Position numbers and translations under genes: made by a program
Shown: in pieces, positions 28,198-38,162 of the stretch
Numbering within the stretch: position 1 is the stretch's first letter
Layout of the letters: the number at the start of each line of letters is the position of its first letter
Notes under the pieces: model-generated
What the model was told of the DNA's origin: nothing
The model's input: the letters and a program-made list of their open reading frames with translations, nothing else
Database searches by the model: none
Source: Fidelibacterota bacterium
GTDB lineage: Bacteria; Fidelibacterota; UBA2242
Assembly: GCA_049975265.1 (NCBI GenBank)
Contig: JBNGDF010000007.1
Coordinates: 32,001 to 96,000 of the forward strand
DNA: 64,000 nt
Direction of reading: 5' to 3'

Positions 28198-29853
28198 ATG
28201 TACAACAGCTGGTTTCATATCCGCGCCATCGCCCAATACCTGCAGTCTGGACTGCCCGATGCGGTCATCAGCGACTGTTATACGTATCAAAAAGACGAAC
28301 TGGTCATTCGTTTCGCCGACAGCGACCCGTTGCAAGGCATCCAGCTGGCGTTCCACCCTCCTCTACCGGGTTTGCAGCCGGAAACAGAGCTCGCCCTGCC
28401 CAAACAACGCGTTGTGCTGTTCAAAGAGCTGACCGGAGAGCGAATTCATTCGGTCAAATGGCACCGTTCCGACCGGCAAATTCTGATCTCTCTGAAAAAC
28501 GATCCGAATTTTCTCCTGCTGCAACTGTTTGGGATCAACGGAAATGTGTTCCTGCTGGATCGGGATTTCAGAATTCTCGATTCCTTCCGCAAAAGCCGGA
28601 AGGAGATAACGGTGCAGGCTGCCGACTTTACAGCCCGGGATTCGCTCCATGTTCCGGAACCGGCATTCAAGCAGATTCTGGCGGACCATCCCGATCTGAA
28701 CATCATCCAGATTGTCTCCCGTCTGCCCATTCCGATTTTCGGAACGACTCTGACCGAAGAACTCTGCTATCGCAGCGGTCTGAGCGACAAAACGCTGGTT
28801 ACGAATTTATCAAATGAGCAGATCGGTAATTTTTTTCACCATTACAACCACATATTAGCGGAAATCGAACAAAACCGCACCTTCGTTTATGAATCAGAGG
28901 CTCCGCTGTTTTCACTATTGGCTCTGAAAATCCAATTATCGGTCCCCTGCGAATCCTTTACCGACCTCACCGCCGCCAGCCGGCATTATGTTGCGCTGTT
29001 TTATCAAACCTATAACCGGGAACAGCTGCGTAAATTATCAGCCGATCGCCTGACCCTCGCCCTGCAACAGTTTCAGCGCAGGCTCCGCCGTCAGGAACAG
29101 GAGCTGCAGAATTTACCCACCGCCACCGAATACCGTGAATGGGCAGATACCCTGCTGGCAAACATCCACCACCTTCAAAATTACACCGACACTATTAAGC
29201 TGCCGAAACTGACAAATCCAGGACAGACACTGCGGATTCTCCTGAATCCGAAACTCACCATTGCAGAAAACGCCAACAAATTTTACGAAAAAAGCCGCCA
29301 GATCGAAAATTCCCGCAAGGAGCTCCAGGATTCCATTCGGAATGCCCGGGAAGCGATTCAGACAATCAGCGCCCTGCTGGAAAGAGTTCGGGAGTGTCGT
29401 GATCTGAAAATGCTACAGCAGATTCAGCGCCAGATTCCGGTGCATCTTATTCAACAGCGCCCACACCCGGAGCCCGCCGAACGGGAACCCTTTTACCGCT
29501 TTTATCTGCAAAACCGGGAAATCCTGGTGGGAAAAAGCGCCCGGGACAATGACCTGCTCAGCTTCAAACACGCCCGCCCCGATGACTTCTGGTTCCATGC
29601 CGAGCACGGTCCCGGTTCCCACGTCGTCGTCCGGAATCCAGGGAAACAGGCGTCGCTGCCACCCGACATCATTGAGTACGCTGCCGGAGTCGCCGCTTTT
29701 TACAGCAAAGCCAAACATTCCGGATTAGTTCCGGTGATTTACACCAAGAAAAAGTACATCTGGAAACGCAAAAATATGCCGCCGGGAAAAGTATTTACGA
29801 AATTCACGAAGAGTGTGATTGTGAAGCCGCTGGATCCCCGCAAGTTATCATGA
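28198..29853 (+). CDS. rqcH: NFACT family ribosome quality-control protein (RqcH/FbpA)
   Basis: DR.I and GN..LLD in NFACT-N; ENAN.FYEK; NFACT-R VGKSARDND.L....A...D.WFH....PGSHVV. Confidence 0.85.
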   Translation: MYNSWFHIRAIAQYLQSGLPDAVISDCYTYQKDELVIRFADSDPLQGIQLAFHPPLPGLQPETELALPKQRVVLFKELTGERIHSVKWHRSDRQILISLKNDPNFLLLQLFGINGNVFLLDRDFRILDSFRKSRKEITVQAADFTARDSLHVPEPAFKQILADHPDLNIIQIVSRLPIPIFGTTLTEELCYRSGLSDKTLVTNLSNEQIGNFFHHYNHILAEIEQNRTFVYESEAPLFSLLALKIQLSVPCESFTDLTAASRHYVALFYQTYNREQLRKLSADRLTLALQQFQRRLRRQEQELQNLPTATEYREWADTLLANIHHLQNYTDTIKLPKLTNPGQTLRILLNPKLTIAENANKFYEKSRQIENSRKELQDSIRNAREAIQTISALLERVRECRDLKMLQQIQRQIPVHLIQQRPHPEPAEREPFYRFYLQNREILVGKSARDNDLLSFKHARPDDFWFHAEHGPGSHVVVRNPGKQASLPPDIIEYAAGVAAFYSKAKHSGLVPVIYTKKKYIWKRKNMPPGKVFTKFTKSVIVKPLDPRKLS

Positions 29854-29872
29854 ATACCTTTACCACTGGTTA

Positions 29873-29994
29873 CGGCGTTCCCACGCCGGAACCCAAATGA
29901 CCGATCCAGAGGAAAATCTGCGTCAAATCTGCGTCACGTCGCAGGAGCAACGTGACGAGTAGGGATTCAGGTGTAAGCGATGTGACGAGTGGGG
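29873..29994. repeat. Cluster of short REP-like palindromes and tandem repeats
   Basis: CGGCGT-tccc-ACGCCG hairpin; AATCTGCGTCA twice in tandem (29915-29936); CGTCACGT/ACGTGACG hairpin; GTGACGAGT twice. Confidence 0.5.
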
Positions 29995-30003
29995 GAAGTG
30001 AAT

Positions 30004-30054
30004 AGAAAAGCGCCCGGAATTTGAAGTCTCGGGCGCTCGATTAATGATAAATGT
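30004..30054 (-). repeat. 51-bp direct repeat, copy 1 (terminator-like hairpin)
   Basis: Ungapped 43/51 match to 31984-32034; minus strand reads AGCGCCCG..CGGGCGCT then TTTCT, just after the pseudogene stop. Confidence 0.8.
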
Positions 30055-30059
30055 AGATA

Positions 30060-31729
30060 TTAAGGTTTATTTGACAAAACAATATTCTGCAGATTTGTCT
30101 GGTTGCCGGATTGCAGCCGAACGATATAGACGCCGGTGCTCAAGTTCTGTGGCTGCCATACAAAGTCGTAAGTGCCCTTAAGTTTATACGTATTTTCAAG
30201 TACTTCTACTAACTGTCCGCGCATATTGTAAATCTGTAATGTCGTCTCGGCATCTTTCGTCAGGTTGTAACGCAGTGTCACTGCCGGGTTGAAGGGATTG
30301 GGATAGGCTTTCTGCAGACCGAACTCTGCCGGAACCGCAGCATCTTCGACCGGGATGGTGATCTCCACCGCATCGTGCCAGGCAACACTGCCGCTGAAAT
30401 CCACATCGCCCAGGCGGTATGCGTAACTCGCTCCCGGCTGAACCTGTGTATCGGTGTACCCGTAATCATGACGTTGGGTAGTGGAACCGTGACCTTCCAA
30501 TGCTGGATCGCTCAGATAGCTGACTACCTGATTCCAGTTTCCTGTCTCCTGTTTCCTCTGAATGATAAAGCCCAGGTTTTCGACCTCCGACTCCGTGGTC
30601 CATTCCAGGAGCACACCCCCATTCCGGCACTCCGCCGTGAAAGCGGTCAGTTCAACCGGCAGGGAGACATCCTCCCCATTTTCCCAACTGAGGAATGGAT
30701 AACCATCGTTTGTTGATCCGGAATTGTCCATATCCCAGTAATCGTTATCTTCGTTATCGTCATTCGGGTTTGTCTCAAAATCCCAGGCCGTTGTTAAACC
30801 GACAGTTGTTTCGTCAATAAAAGTTGCTACGTCTTTCATCTGCGTAGTGCTTTTGCCGGTTGTACCGAAATTATCATCTCCTGAACTATTTCCATCAATC
30901 TCATCAGTTTCCACATCCCAAAAGGAATTACTAATAGTGGAAGAAGAATTATCTCCCACGAGACCGCCGACATCTGTATTGCTGGTAACACTGCCTGTGC
31001 TGTAGGATTTTGAAATTTCATTATTATTTTGCCCCACCAATCCGCCAACATTATTATCACCAGCTACATTTCCAGTACTATAACAATTGCTAATTGGAGT
31101 TGTACTATAACCAACCGAGCCGCCAATATACAAGCTGGAACCCGTGACTGCGCAACTGCTATAACATTCGGAAATCGAATATGCGACTGAGATGCCGATT
31201 AGTCAACCCACATCGCTATATCCTGTTATTTGTCCGGTACTATAGCAATTTGATACACTGGAGGTTGCATCGCCAATTAATGCTCCTACATCATCATCAC
31301 CGGTAATGTCAACATTAATTAGCCCCAGATTATTAATTGTGTTCATCTCTGCATAGCCAAATAATCCAATATTATTCGTTGATGGGCGGTTAATATATAA
31401 ATCGTTAATGGTATAATTTTGACCATCATAATTACCAGTGAAATAAGTGTCACTGTTCCCAATCGGCGAAAAACCGCTGGTTCCACTACCGTCAGCGCTA
31501 CCATCGCCATCCCAGTCCACCTGGGTTTCATCGGTATTGAAAGAAATATCGGCTGTTTGAATGAAATAAGCACTCCAATCGCCGGAAGTGTTTGATAATT
31601 CAATTAAATCACTGGTTGTAGCAATCTGATACTCATCGTTACTCGTCCCAGAACCCCACTATAGGTTCCCGCAAAAGACAGAGTACAGCAGACAATCAAA
31701 CCACTCATTAATAAGATCTTAATTCGCAT
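30060..31729 (-). pseudogene. Disrupted secreted GLUG-repeat protein with T9SS/FlgD-Ig-like C-terminal tail
   Basis: SD + ATG 31729 with signal peptide; frameshift in the C4 run at 31654-31657; in-frame TGA at 31203-31205 within VG*LIG; GLUG motifs (VGGLVG, SNCYSTG); tail LPVELTAF...YPNPFNP...GVYIVRL. Confidence 0.82.
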
Positions 31730-31983
31730 GATAAGCTCCTTTAATAAATATCAAGACGATGTGATTACATAACCGAATCCTGTTTGGTGGTTACCTAAAC
31801 AGAAGACCGTCCGAATTTGTTACTAACAGTATACTTCTAATTATTATACATATTTAATAAACTAAGGATTTATTATTTGAATGTCAAATCACCTGGTGAT
31901 TTATATTTTTGCATATCTGGGAAGTGTGCTTAGTCTTTTCTGCAGCATCTTAGTTGAATATTAAAATGGAAAGATTTGAAACG

Positions 31984-32034
31984 AGAAAAGCGCCCGGGAT
32001 ATGGGGTCTCGGGCGCTGGTTTATTGATAAACGT
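31984..32034 (-). repeat. 51-bp direct repeat, copy 2 (terminator-like hairpin)
   Basis: Matches 30004-30054 at an offset of 1980 nt. Confidence 0.8.
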
Positions 32035-32077
32035 CAATTGACATTTATTAATCACACAACTGTCATTGCTAATATTT

Positions 32078-32460
32078 TTATATCAGGCTGCAGAGCAAAC
32101 CTCCGAAAACCCATTTTAAACCAAGTCTAAACACTATTTTCTGATCCTTGATACTGTTGACCAGGGTGCCATATATATCGGTGTAATATTTCAGACAAAA
32201 CCGAAATCCCGGTTCAAAGGATTCGGGCTTTAAGCCGTAGTAATCCCTTTTGTGGCAATATTTTTTAATCGACACATTCACCATAATATCGTTCCGGTTT
32301 TTATCCTTTTTATCCCGTTTGGGAGATGTATTGACCACCGTGCTAAAACCCTGTGGAGTCGGTCCCCAGGCAAGGGTGATATATTGGGGTCGATCGACGC
32401 CAGGAAAATGATTCGGAATGATAACACATTTCCTTTTTTTCAGTTTTTTTCTCTTTGGAA
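32078..32460 (-). pseudogene. Possible eroded REP-associated tyrosine (HUH/Y1) transposase remnant
   Basis: Open frame reads CVIIPNHFPG...GPTPQGFSTVV...HKRDYY, resembling RAYT VIMPNHxHG...LS.II...WQRxYY; weak. Confidence 0.25.
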
Positions 32461-32495
32461 AGAGTGTTGTCCAGCTTTACCTTTCTGTCAGACAG

Positions 32496-33560
32496 CTACA
32501 GATGTTCCCGCATAAATCGCCCCAATTCACCAAAGTGCAGCGTCAGTCCGATGCGGTGCGATTGTCCCAGTTCGGCATAGGACCCTCCCATCGCCAGGCT
32601 GTAATTGATACTTCCTACGCGAGTGTCCAGTCCGAGACCGATATGGGCGCTGCCCAGATTATCCCGTCCCAGACGCATTAGAATATGCTCCCTGATCTGT
32701 ATTTCCATACCCAGCCGGAATCCGCTGCTGATAAATCCCAGATTCCAGTCCGACTGGTTGGTCTCACCCTCCAGCAGCATATCCATTCCGATAAAGGGTC
32801 GTAATACCACCGGCACAAATTGCGGTGCAATTTGATAGGCAGTTCCCAGTTGAACAGATGGTACAATTAACTCGTTGTCCCCGTCAGGATAGTATAAAAA
32901 CGTGGTGGTGGCATCCCGTACGATTATTCCGATATAGAGATTCTTGAATGCCCGATACTGAACCGCCAGGTCAAAGCCGATCCCAAAAGCCGCTGTGGTG
33001 CCCAGATTTTTATACAGCGCTTTGACCGTCCCACCGATATTCAGGGCGGGTTTCAGTTGGCGCCCCAGCGCAAAGAACAGAGCGTTTTCACTGGCGCCAA
33101 AGGTTCCGATCTTCCCGAAATCCAGACGTTCGCCGGCGTCCAGTTGCCCGTTGCCATTTTCATCAACCAGCGCCGAGCGGGTATCGGGAATCCCGTCCAC
33201 GCCCGACCGAAAAAAGCTCAATCCGTAGGACCATTCGCCGGAGCCGGGCAGAACCAGCGATATATAGTCCAGATTCAGCACTCCGGCGAACTCCTCGGTA
33301 TGCATGAATTCAGCAGAAATCCGCCGGCTGTCCACCAGTGTCGCCGGATTCCAGTAGACCGCCGCCGTACTCTGCGGTGCCGCCAGTGACGCTCCGCCGA
33401 GACTCATCTCCCGGACGCCCATGCCGATCTTCAGAAACTCGCCGGCATATTTATCGCCCAGCGCCTGCACCGGCGAGCTCGCCACAATAAGGACCATTCC
33501 CAGGATCAGAATCGAAGAAATGCGCTGCCTGTCTGTTTTTAAAATCGGAACAATGATCAT
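32496..33560 (-). CDS. PorV/FadL-like outer-membrane beta-barrel (UPF0164-like)
   Basis: Signal peptide; AGEFLKIG.G.R..SLGGA, A.YWNPA.L, GIGFDL and LGQSHRIGL. Confidence 0.78.
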   Translation of the reverse strand: MIIVPILKTDRQRISSILILGMVLIVASSPVQALGDKYAGEFLKIGMGVREMSLGGASLAAPQSTAAVYWNPATLVDSRRISAEFMHTEEFAGVLNLDYISLVLPGSGEWSYGLSFFRSGVDGIPDTRSALVDENGNGQLDAGERLDFGKIGTFGASENALFFALGRQLKPALNIGGTVKALYKNLGTTAAFGIGFDLAVQYRAFKNLYIGIIVRDATTTFLYYPDGDNELIVPSVQLGTAYQIAPQFVPVVLRPFIGMDMLLEGETNQSDWNLGFISSGFRLGMEIQIREHILMRLGRDNLGSAHIGLGLDTRVGSINYSLAMGGSYAELGQSHRIGLTLHFGELGRFMREHL

Positions 33561-33603
33561 GATTTGGATTTAACCGGAGCGCTATCGGGAATGTTCCCTG
33601 ACA

Positions 33604-36222
33604 TCAACTGCTGAACTCCTTTTTCAGCTGATTCAATTTTTCCAGCGCCTCAAGAGGTGTCATGGTATCAATATCCACCTCATTGAGTCGTTTGCGCAGT
33701 TCGCTCTCCCGCTGGTCAAATAGTCCCAGCTGATTGCGGTCCGGCTCCGGCATCTTTTTATATTTAATGCGGTCGGTGGGTAACACCCGCTCATCGCTGC
33801 TCAGATTCACCATGATCTCATTCGCCCGGTGAATAACCTCCGCCGGAATTCCCGCCATCTGGGCGACATGGATACCGTAACTCTTGTCGCAGCCGCCGGG
33901 AATGATCTTGCGCAGGAAAACCACCCGGTCGCCATATTCCTTGACCGCCACATTGAGATTGCGCACCCGCTTCAGATATTTTTCCAGTTCCGTTAACTCA
34001 TGATAATGGGTCGCAAAGAGGGTTTTCGCAGCGACCTCCTTATGCTGGTGCAGATATTCCGTCACCGCCCAGGCAATCGCCATACCGTCGTAAGTGGATG
34101 TGCCGCGTCCGATCTCGTCCAGCAGAATCAGCGACTGCGGGGTGACATTATTCAGGATATTGGCGGTTTCATTCATCTCCATCAGAAAAGTGGATTCACC
34201 CGCCGCCAGATTGTCGCTGGCACCGACCCGGGTAAAAATTTTATCCACGACCCCAATTGACGCCTCGGCTGCCGGAATAAAACTGCCCATCTGCGCCAGC
34301 AGCACAATCAAGCCTACCTGCCGGAGATAGGTGGATTTGCCCGCCATATTGGGACCGGTGATGATCAGAATCTGATTTTCGCGATTGTCCACGTCGGTGT
34401 CATTGGGAATAAACTTCTCTCCCGGCGGCAGCAGCGATTCCACGACAGGATGCCGTCCGTCTTTTATATAAATCCGGCTTTTGGTGGTCACCTCCGGACG
34501 GTGGTAATCGTTCCGGTCGGCGATTTCAGCCAGAGCGCTGAGTACATCCAGCTCGGCAATGACGGCGGCATTCCGCTGAATCGCCGTAATGTTTTTCAAA
34601 ACCGTTGCCCGGATTTCCTGAAAGAGTTCATATTCCAAAGCCGCAATCTTCTCCTCCGCCGTCAGTAATTTCTCCTCGTATTCTTTCAATTCCGGCGTAA
34701 TGAAGCGCTCCGAATTAACCAGGGTTTGCTTGCGGATATAGGTCTCGGGAACCTTATCCACATGGGGTTTGGTAATGTCAATATAGTAACCGAAAACACG
34801 GTTATAGCCCACCTTCAGCGTGGGGATACCCAGCTTTTCCCGCTCGCTGGTTTGCAGGCGCATGATCCACTCTTTACCGTGCTTGATAATATAGCGATAG
34901 TCGTCCAGCTCTTTGGAATAACCGTCGCGGATAAAACCCCCTTCGCGAATGGACAGCGGCAGGTCCTGCTCTTTAATCGCCCTCTCCAGCAGCTGCACCA
35001 GAGCCTGTAGCGGTTTTAATGTCTCTGCCGACGTTTGAAACACCGGAGCTTCATTGACAATCTCCCGTATTTCCGGGATCAACTCCAGGGTAGTCTGCAA
35101 ATTACGCAGCTCCCGGGCACCGGCGCGGTTGGTGGTCAGGCGCGACAGCAGTCGCTCCAGATCGCTGGTTTCTCTCAGAAGTTTGCGCAGACGGCGGCGC
35201 TTGTCGTGTCCCTTATAAAAAAATTCCACCCGGTCATGCCGCTGCCTGATCTGCTCAATATTCCGCAGGGGCGACCGAATCCACTTCACCAGTAAGCGAC
35301 TGCCCGCCGGGGTCACCGTGTCATTAATGACGCTGAACAGCGTTCCCTGGTCGTCACCGGACTGCATACTGCGAAAGAGTTCCAGATTGCGCTGGGTAAA
35401 TTCATCAATGAGGACATAATCTTTATCAATTTGCAGACGAAGGCTGGAAATGTGTCCCAGATTAGTCTGATGATTTTGTCGCAGGTAGCTGATAATCGGT
35501 CCGGCAGCCATAATGCCGTATGCCGCCTTCTCGCAGCCGAAACCTTTCAGGTTTTTCGTCCGAAAATGATTGGTCAGCGTCTCATATGCCATTTCCCGGG
35601 TATAGAAAAAGTCCTCCATCGGCGTAATCCGCAGCACCTGCCGACCGAAGAGTGCATTGACCTCTTCGGAGAGTCTTTCCGGGCAGAGAATCTCCGAGGG
35701 CTGCAGTGCCATGACGGCTTCTTTCAGCCGGTCAGGCGTCGTTTCGCTGAGATAAAACTCGCCGGTGGAGACATCAATGGTGGCGATCCCGGCAATGGAT
35801 TCATCAAATATGAGCGAGATCAGGTAGTTATTTTTATCCTTTTCGAGATAATTATCGGTAATCGCCGTACCCGGCGTCACCAGTTCCACCACCTCCCGCT
35901 TGACAATGCCCTTCGCCAGCTTTGGGTCTTCCACCTGCTCGCAGATGGCGACTTTCAAACCCGCCCGGATCAGCTTATGCAGGTAATTATCCAGAGCGTG
36001 ATAGGGAAATCCCGCCAGCGGGACGGCGGCGGCTTTGCCGTTGGCGCGCCTGGTGAGGGTAATGTTCAGAATCCTGGCGGCGGTCCGGGCATCCTCCCGG
36101 AAAGTTTCATAAAAATCTCCCATGCGGAACAGCAGCAGCGCGTCGGGATATTTGGACTTGATCGCGCTGAATTGGCGCATCACCGGTGTGGATTCGTCAA
36201 TATGTTCGCTCTTTTTCGCCAT
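33604..36222 (-). CDS. mutS: DNA mismatch repair protein MutS
   Basis: TP.MRQF, FRMGDFYE.F, TGPNMAGKSTYLRQ, GESTF, LDEIGRGTST, FATHYHEL and SYGIHVA. Confidence 0.98.
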   Translation of the reverse strand: MAKKSEHIDESTPVMRQFSAIKSKYPDALLLFRMGDFYETFREDARTAARILNITLTRRANGKAAAVPLAGFPYHALDNYLHKLIRAGLKVAICEQVEDPKLAKGIVKREVVELVTPGTAITDNYLEKDKNNYLISLIFDESIAGIATIDVSTGEFYLSETTPDRLKEAVMALQPSEILCPERLSEEVNALFGRQVLRITPMEDFFYTREMAYETLTNHFRTKNLKGFGCEKAAYGIMAAGPIISYLRQNHQTNLGHISSLRLQIDKDYVLIDEFTQRNLELFRSMQSGDDQGTLFSVINDTVTPAGSRLLVKWIRSPLRNIEQIRQRHDRVEFFYKGHDKRRRLRKLLRETSDLERLLSRLTTNRAGARELRNLQTTLELIPEIREIVNEAPVFQTSAETLKPLQALVQLLERAIKEQDLPLSIREGGFIRDGYSKELDDYRYIIKHGKEWIMRLQTSEREKLGIPTLKVGYNRVFGYYIDITKPHVDKVPETYIRKQTLVNSERFITPELKEYEEKLLTAEEKIAALEYELFQEIRATVLKNITAIQRNAAVIAELDVLSALAEIADRNDYHRPEVTTKSRIYIKDGRHPVVESLLPPGEKFIPNDTDVDNRENQILIITGPNMAGKSTYLRQVGLIVLLAQMGSFIPAAEASIGVVDKIFTRVGASDNLAAGESTFLMEMNETANILNNVTPQSLILLDEIGRGTSTYDGMAIAWAVTEYLHQHKEVAAKTLFATHYHELTELEKYLKRVRNLNVAVKEYGDRVVFLRKIIPGGCDKSYGIHVAQMAGIPAEVIHRANEIMVNLSSDERVLPTDRIKYKKMPEPDRNQLGLFDQRESELRKRLNEVDIDTMTPLEALEKLNQLKKEFSS

Positions 36223-36260
36223 CTTAATTCGGCTTTAAATATACAGAATCACCGAGAAGA

Positions 36261-38162
36261 TTAAAACACGATATCACAATCTGCATTCAATCCTCGCTGA
36301 TCACCATTCCGGTAAGTTAATCCTATTCGGTCGAAATAATTTAAAACCGGCACCGCCCATTTGCGGCTGGTATGCAGGACCTCTTTCAGTTCGCTGACCG
36401 TCGCCAGCTGGTGCTGCCGGAGGTACTCTTTGATTCGCTTTCCGCCCTCTTGCAGCGTTTCGATATGAATGTACATTCCCCGCTCCAGCTGCACGATCCG
36501 CTGAGTTTCCACAAGGTACGCGATGATCTGCTGAAACTCCCTTTCCGAATAATTCCCGGGAAAGTCCGCCTGACGGACCTTCGGCGGTTCAAAACCTCCT
36601 GCCCGCAGCGCTTCTTCAATTTTACCGATCAACTGCTCCTGCCCGGCGGAAAATTCGATTCGGAAGTCGGCAGCCGCCACACGTTCGCCGGTCAGCCTGA
36701 TTGCCCCAGTTTCGGCAAGTGTCGTCAATAAATAATTCAACAATTCCACCGGAATTTTCTGTATCTCCCGCAATTCCGGGCGCAACATTCCCGGCAAAAG
36801 CGGCTGGCGTTTGTGATAATCTGTCAAAACCCGGAGAATTTTCTGCTTTAATGTCTCCAGCGGAGCGCTGACCGTCCAAAATTTATCCACCGCCACAAGT
36901 CTGTTGGTCACCGTCAATTCATGAATAACACTGCTGACCTTTTCGGCAGATAATGAAAACCGCTGAGCCAGATCGTGCTCACTGAAAATCTCAGGAAAAT
37001 TATCCTGCAGATAGAATTCAATCAGCTCGGCTCCCTCTTTTTCCATCAGGGACCGCTGCGATTCGGCGGCGGCAATCGATTTTTTACGCAGTGCTCGGGC
37101 AGCTGGCTCCAGCACGATTCCACCACCGATGGTCTGCATAGGTGAATAGCGCCGGATGACGAAACGATCCCGGAAACCGGCACAGAGGGGCTTTTCAAAA
37201 AGCAACTGCCCAATCGCTTCCTCGCCGGGCAGGAGGCGATCCTGCCCAATCAGGCGCACCCGCGCCAGATATTCCCCCGTCCCCAGATGCACCCGCACCA
37301 CCGCATTGTATTTCAGTGGATCGACAGCGGGCAACATTTCCAGCCAAACGGTCAGTACCCGACCGTTCCGAAAAGTACCCGGAGTCGTCAGGACAGCGCC
37401 CCGTTGGATATCGCGGTAATCGATCCCCTGAATATTGATCGCCGCCCGGTGCCCGGCACTAATCGACTCCAGCATGCGATTATGGGACTGAATTCCGCGA
37501 ACCTTTACCACAACGTCTCGCGGCTGGAGATCCAGCTTATCGCCCAGTTGAACCCGACCGCCGATGACCGTTCCCGTTACTACGGTGCCGTATCCTTTGA
37601 CACTGAACACCCGGTCCACCGGCAGTCGGAAGAGCCTGGTCTCCGGCGATTCGTCGATCTGTTTTTCAGGCAATGTCAACAGATAATCCCTGAGTTCGGT
37701 AATTCCGCTCTCTTTAACGGCAGACACACGAAAGAGCTGGGCGTTTTCCAGGAAACTACTCTTAACAAAATCGCGGATATCCGCCTCCACCAGCTCCAGC
37801 CAGTCCGAATCCACCAGGTCCGTTTTGGTAATCACGATAATACCCTCCCGGACATTGAGCAGCCGTAAAATCTCGAAATGTTCCCGCGTCTGCGGCATAA
37901 TCCCGTCATCCGCCGCAATTACCAGCATTCCGACACCGATGGTGCTGGCGCCGGTAACCATATTCTTGATGAATTTTTCATGCCCGGGAACATCAATAAA
38001 GGCGATATTCTCATTGAGAAAGGCAAAACCGATGTCAATGGTCATGCCCCGCTCTTTTTCTTCGATCAGACGGTCGGGATCGGTCCCGGTCAGCGCCCGG
38101 ATCAGGGTTGATTTACCGTGATCAATATGCCCGGCGGTACCGATCAGAACGGGATGCGCCAT
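36261..38162 (-). CDS. selB: Selenocysteine-specific elongation factor
   Basis: [35 protein letters not shown] and C-terminal winged-helix SRK.AVP.L.YFD. Confidence 0.96.
   Translation of the reverse strand: MAHPVLIGTAGHIDHGKSTLIRALTGTDPDRLIEEKERGMTIDIGFAFLNENIAFIDVPGHEKFIKNMVTGASTIGVGMLVIAADDGIMPQTREHFEILRLLNVREGIIVITKTDLVDSDWLELVEADIRDFVKSSFLENAQLFRVSAVKESGITELRDYLLTLPEKQIDESPETRLFRLPVDRVFSVKGYGTVVTGTVIGGRVQLGDKLDLQPRDVVVKVRGIQSHNRMLESISAGHRAAINIQGIDYRDIQRGAVLTTPGTFRNGRVLTVWLEMLPAVDPLKYNAVVRVHLGTGEYLARVRLIGQDRLLPGEEAIGQLLFEKPLCAGFRDRFVIRRYSPMQTIGGGIVLEPAARALRKKSIAAAESQRSLMEKEGAELIEFYLQDNFPEIFSEHDLAQRFSLSAEKVSSVIHELTVTNRLVAVDKFWTVSAPLETLKQKILRVLTDYHKRQPLLPGMLRPELREIQKIPVELLNYLLTTLAETGAIRLTGERVAAADFRIEFSAGQEQLIGKIEEALRAGGFEPPKVRQADFPGNYSEREFQQIIAYLVETQRIVQLERGMYIHIETLQEGGKRIKEYLRQHQLATVSELKEVLHTSRKWAVPVLNYFDRIGLTYRNGDQRGLNADCDIVF

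Noticed and set aside
28056..28817. 253-aa ORF overlapping the rqcH start
   Set aside because: Out-of-frame overlap with rqcH, runs through a terminator, and has no protein-like features.
29900..30055. Short repeats as a CRISPR array or integron attC sites
   Set aside because: Only two copies of each short unit, no regular repeat-spacer period, no cas or integrase gene, and no RYYYAAC/GTTRRRY ends.
31203..31205. In-frame TGA as a selenocysteine codon (selA/selB are nearby)
   Set aside because: It replaces a Gly of the GLUG motif (GGA to TGA), not a Cys. The gene has other lesions, and the downstream hairpin is not a convincing SECIS.
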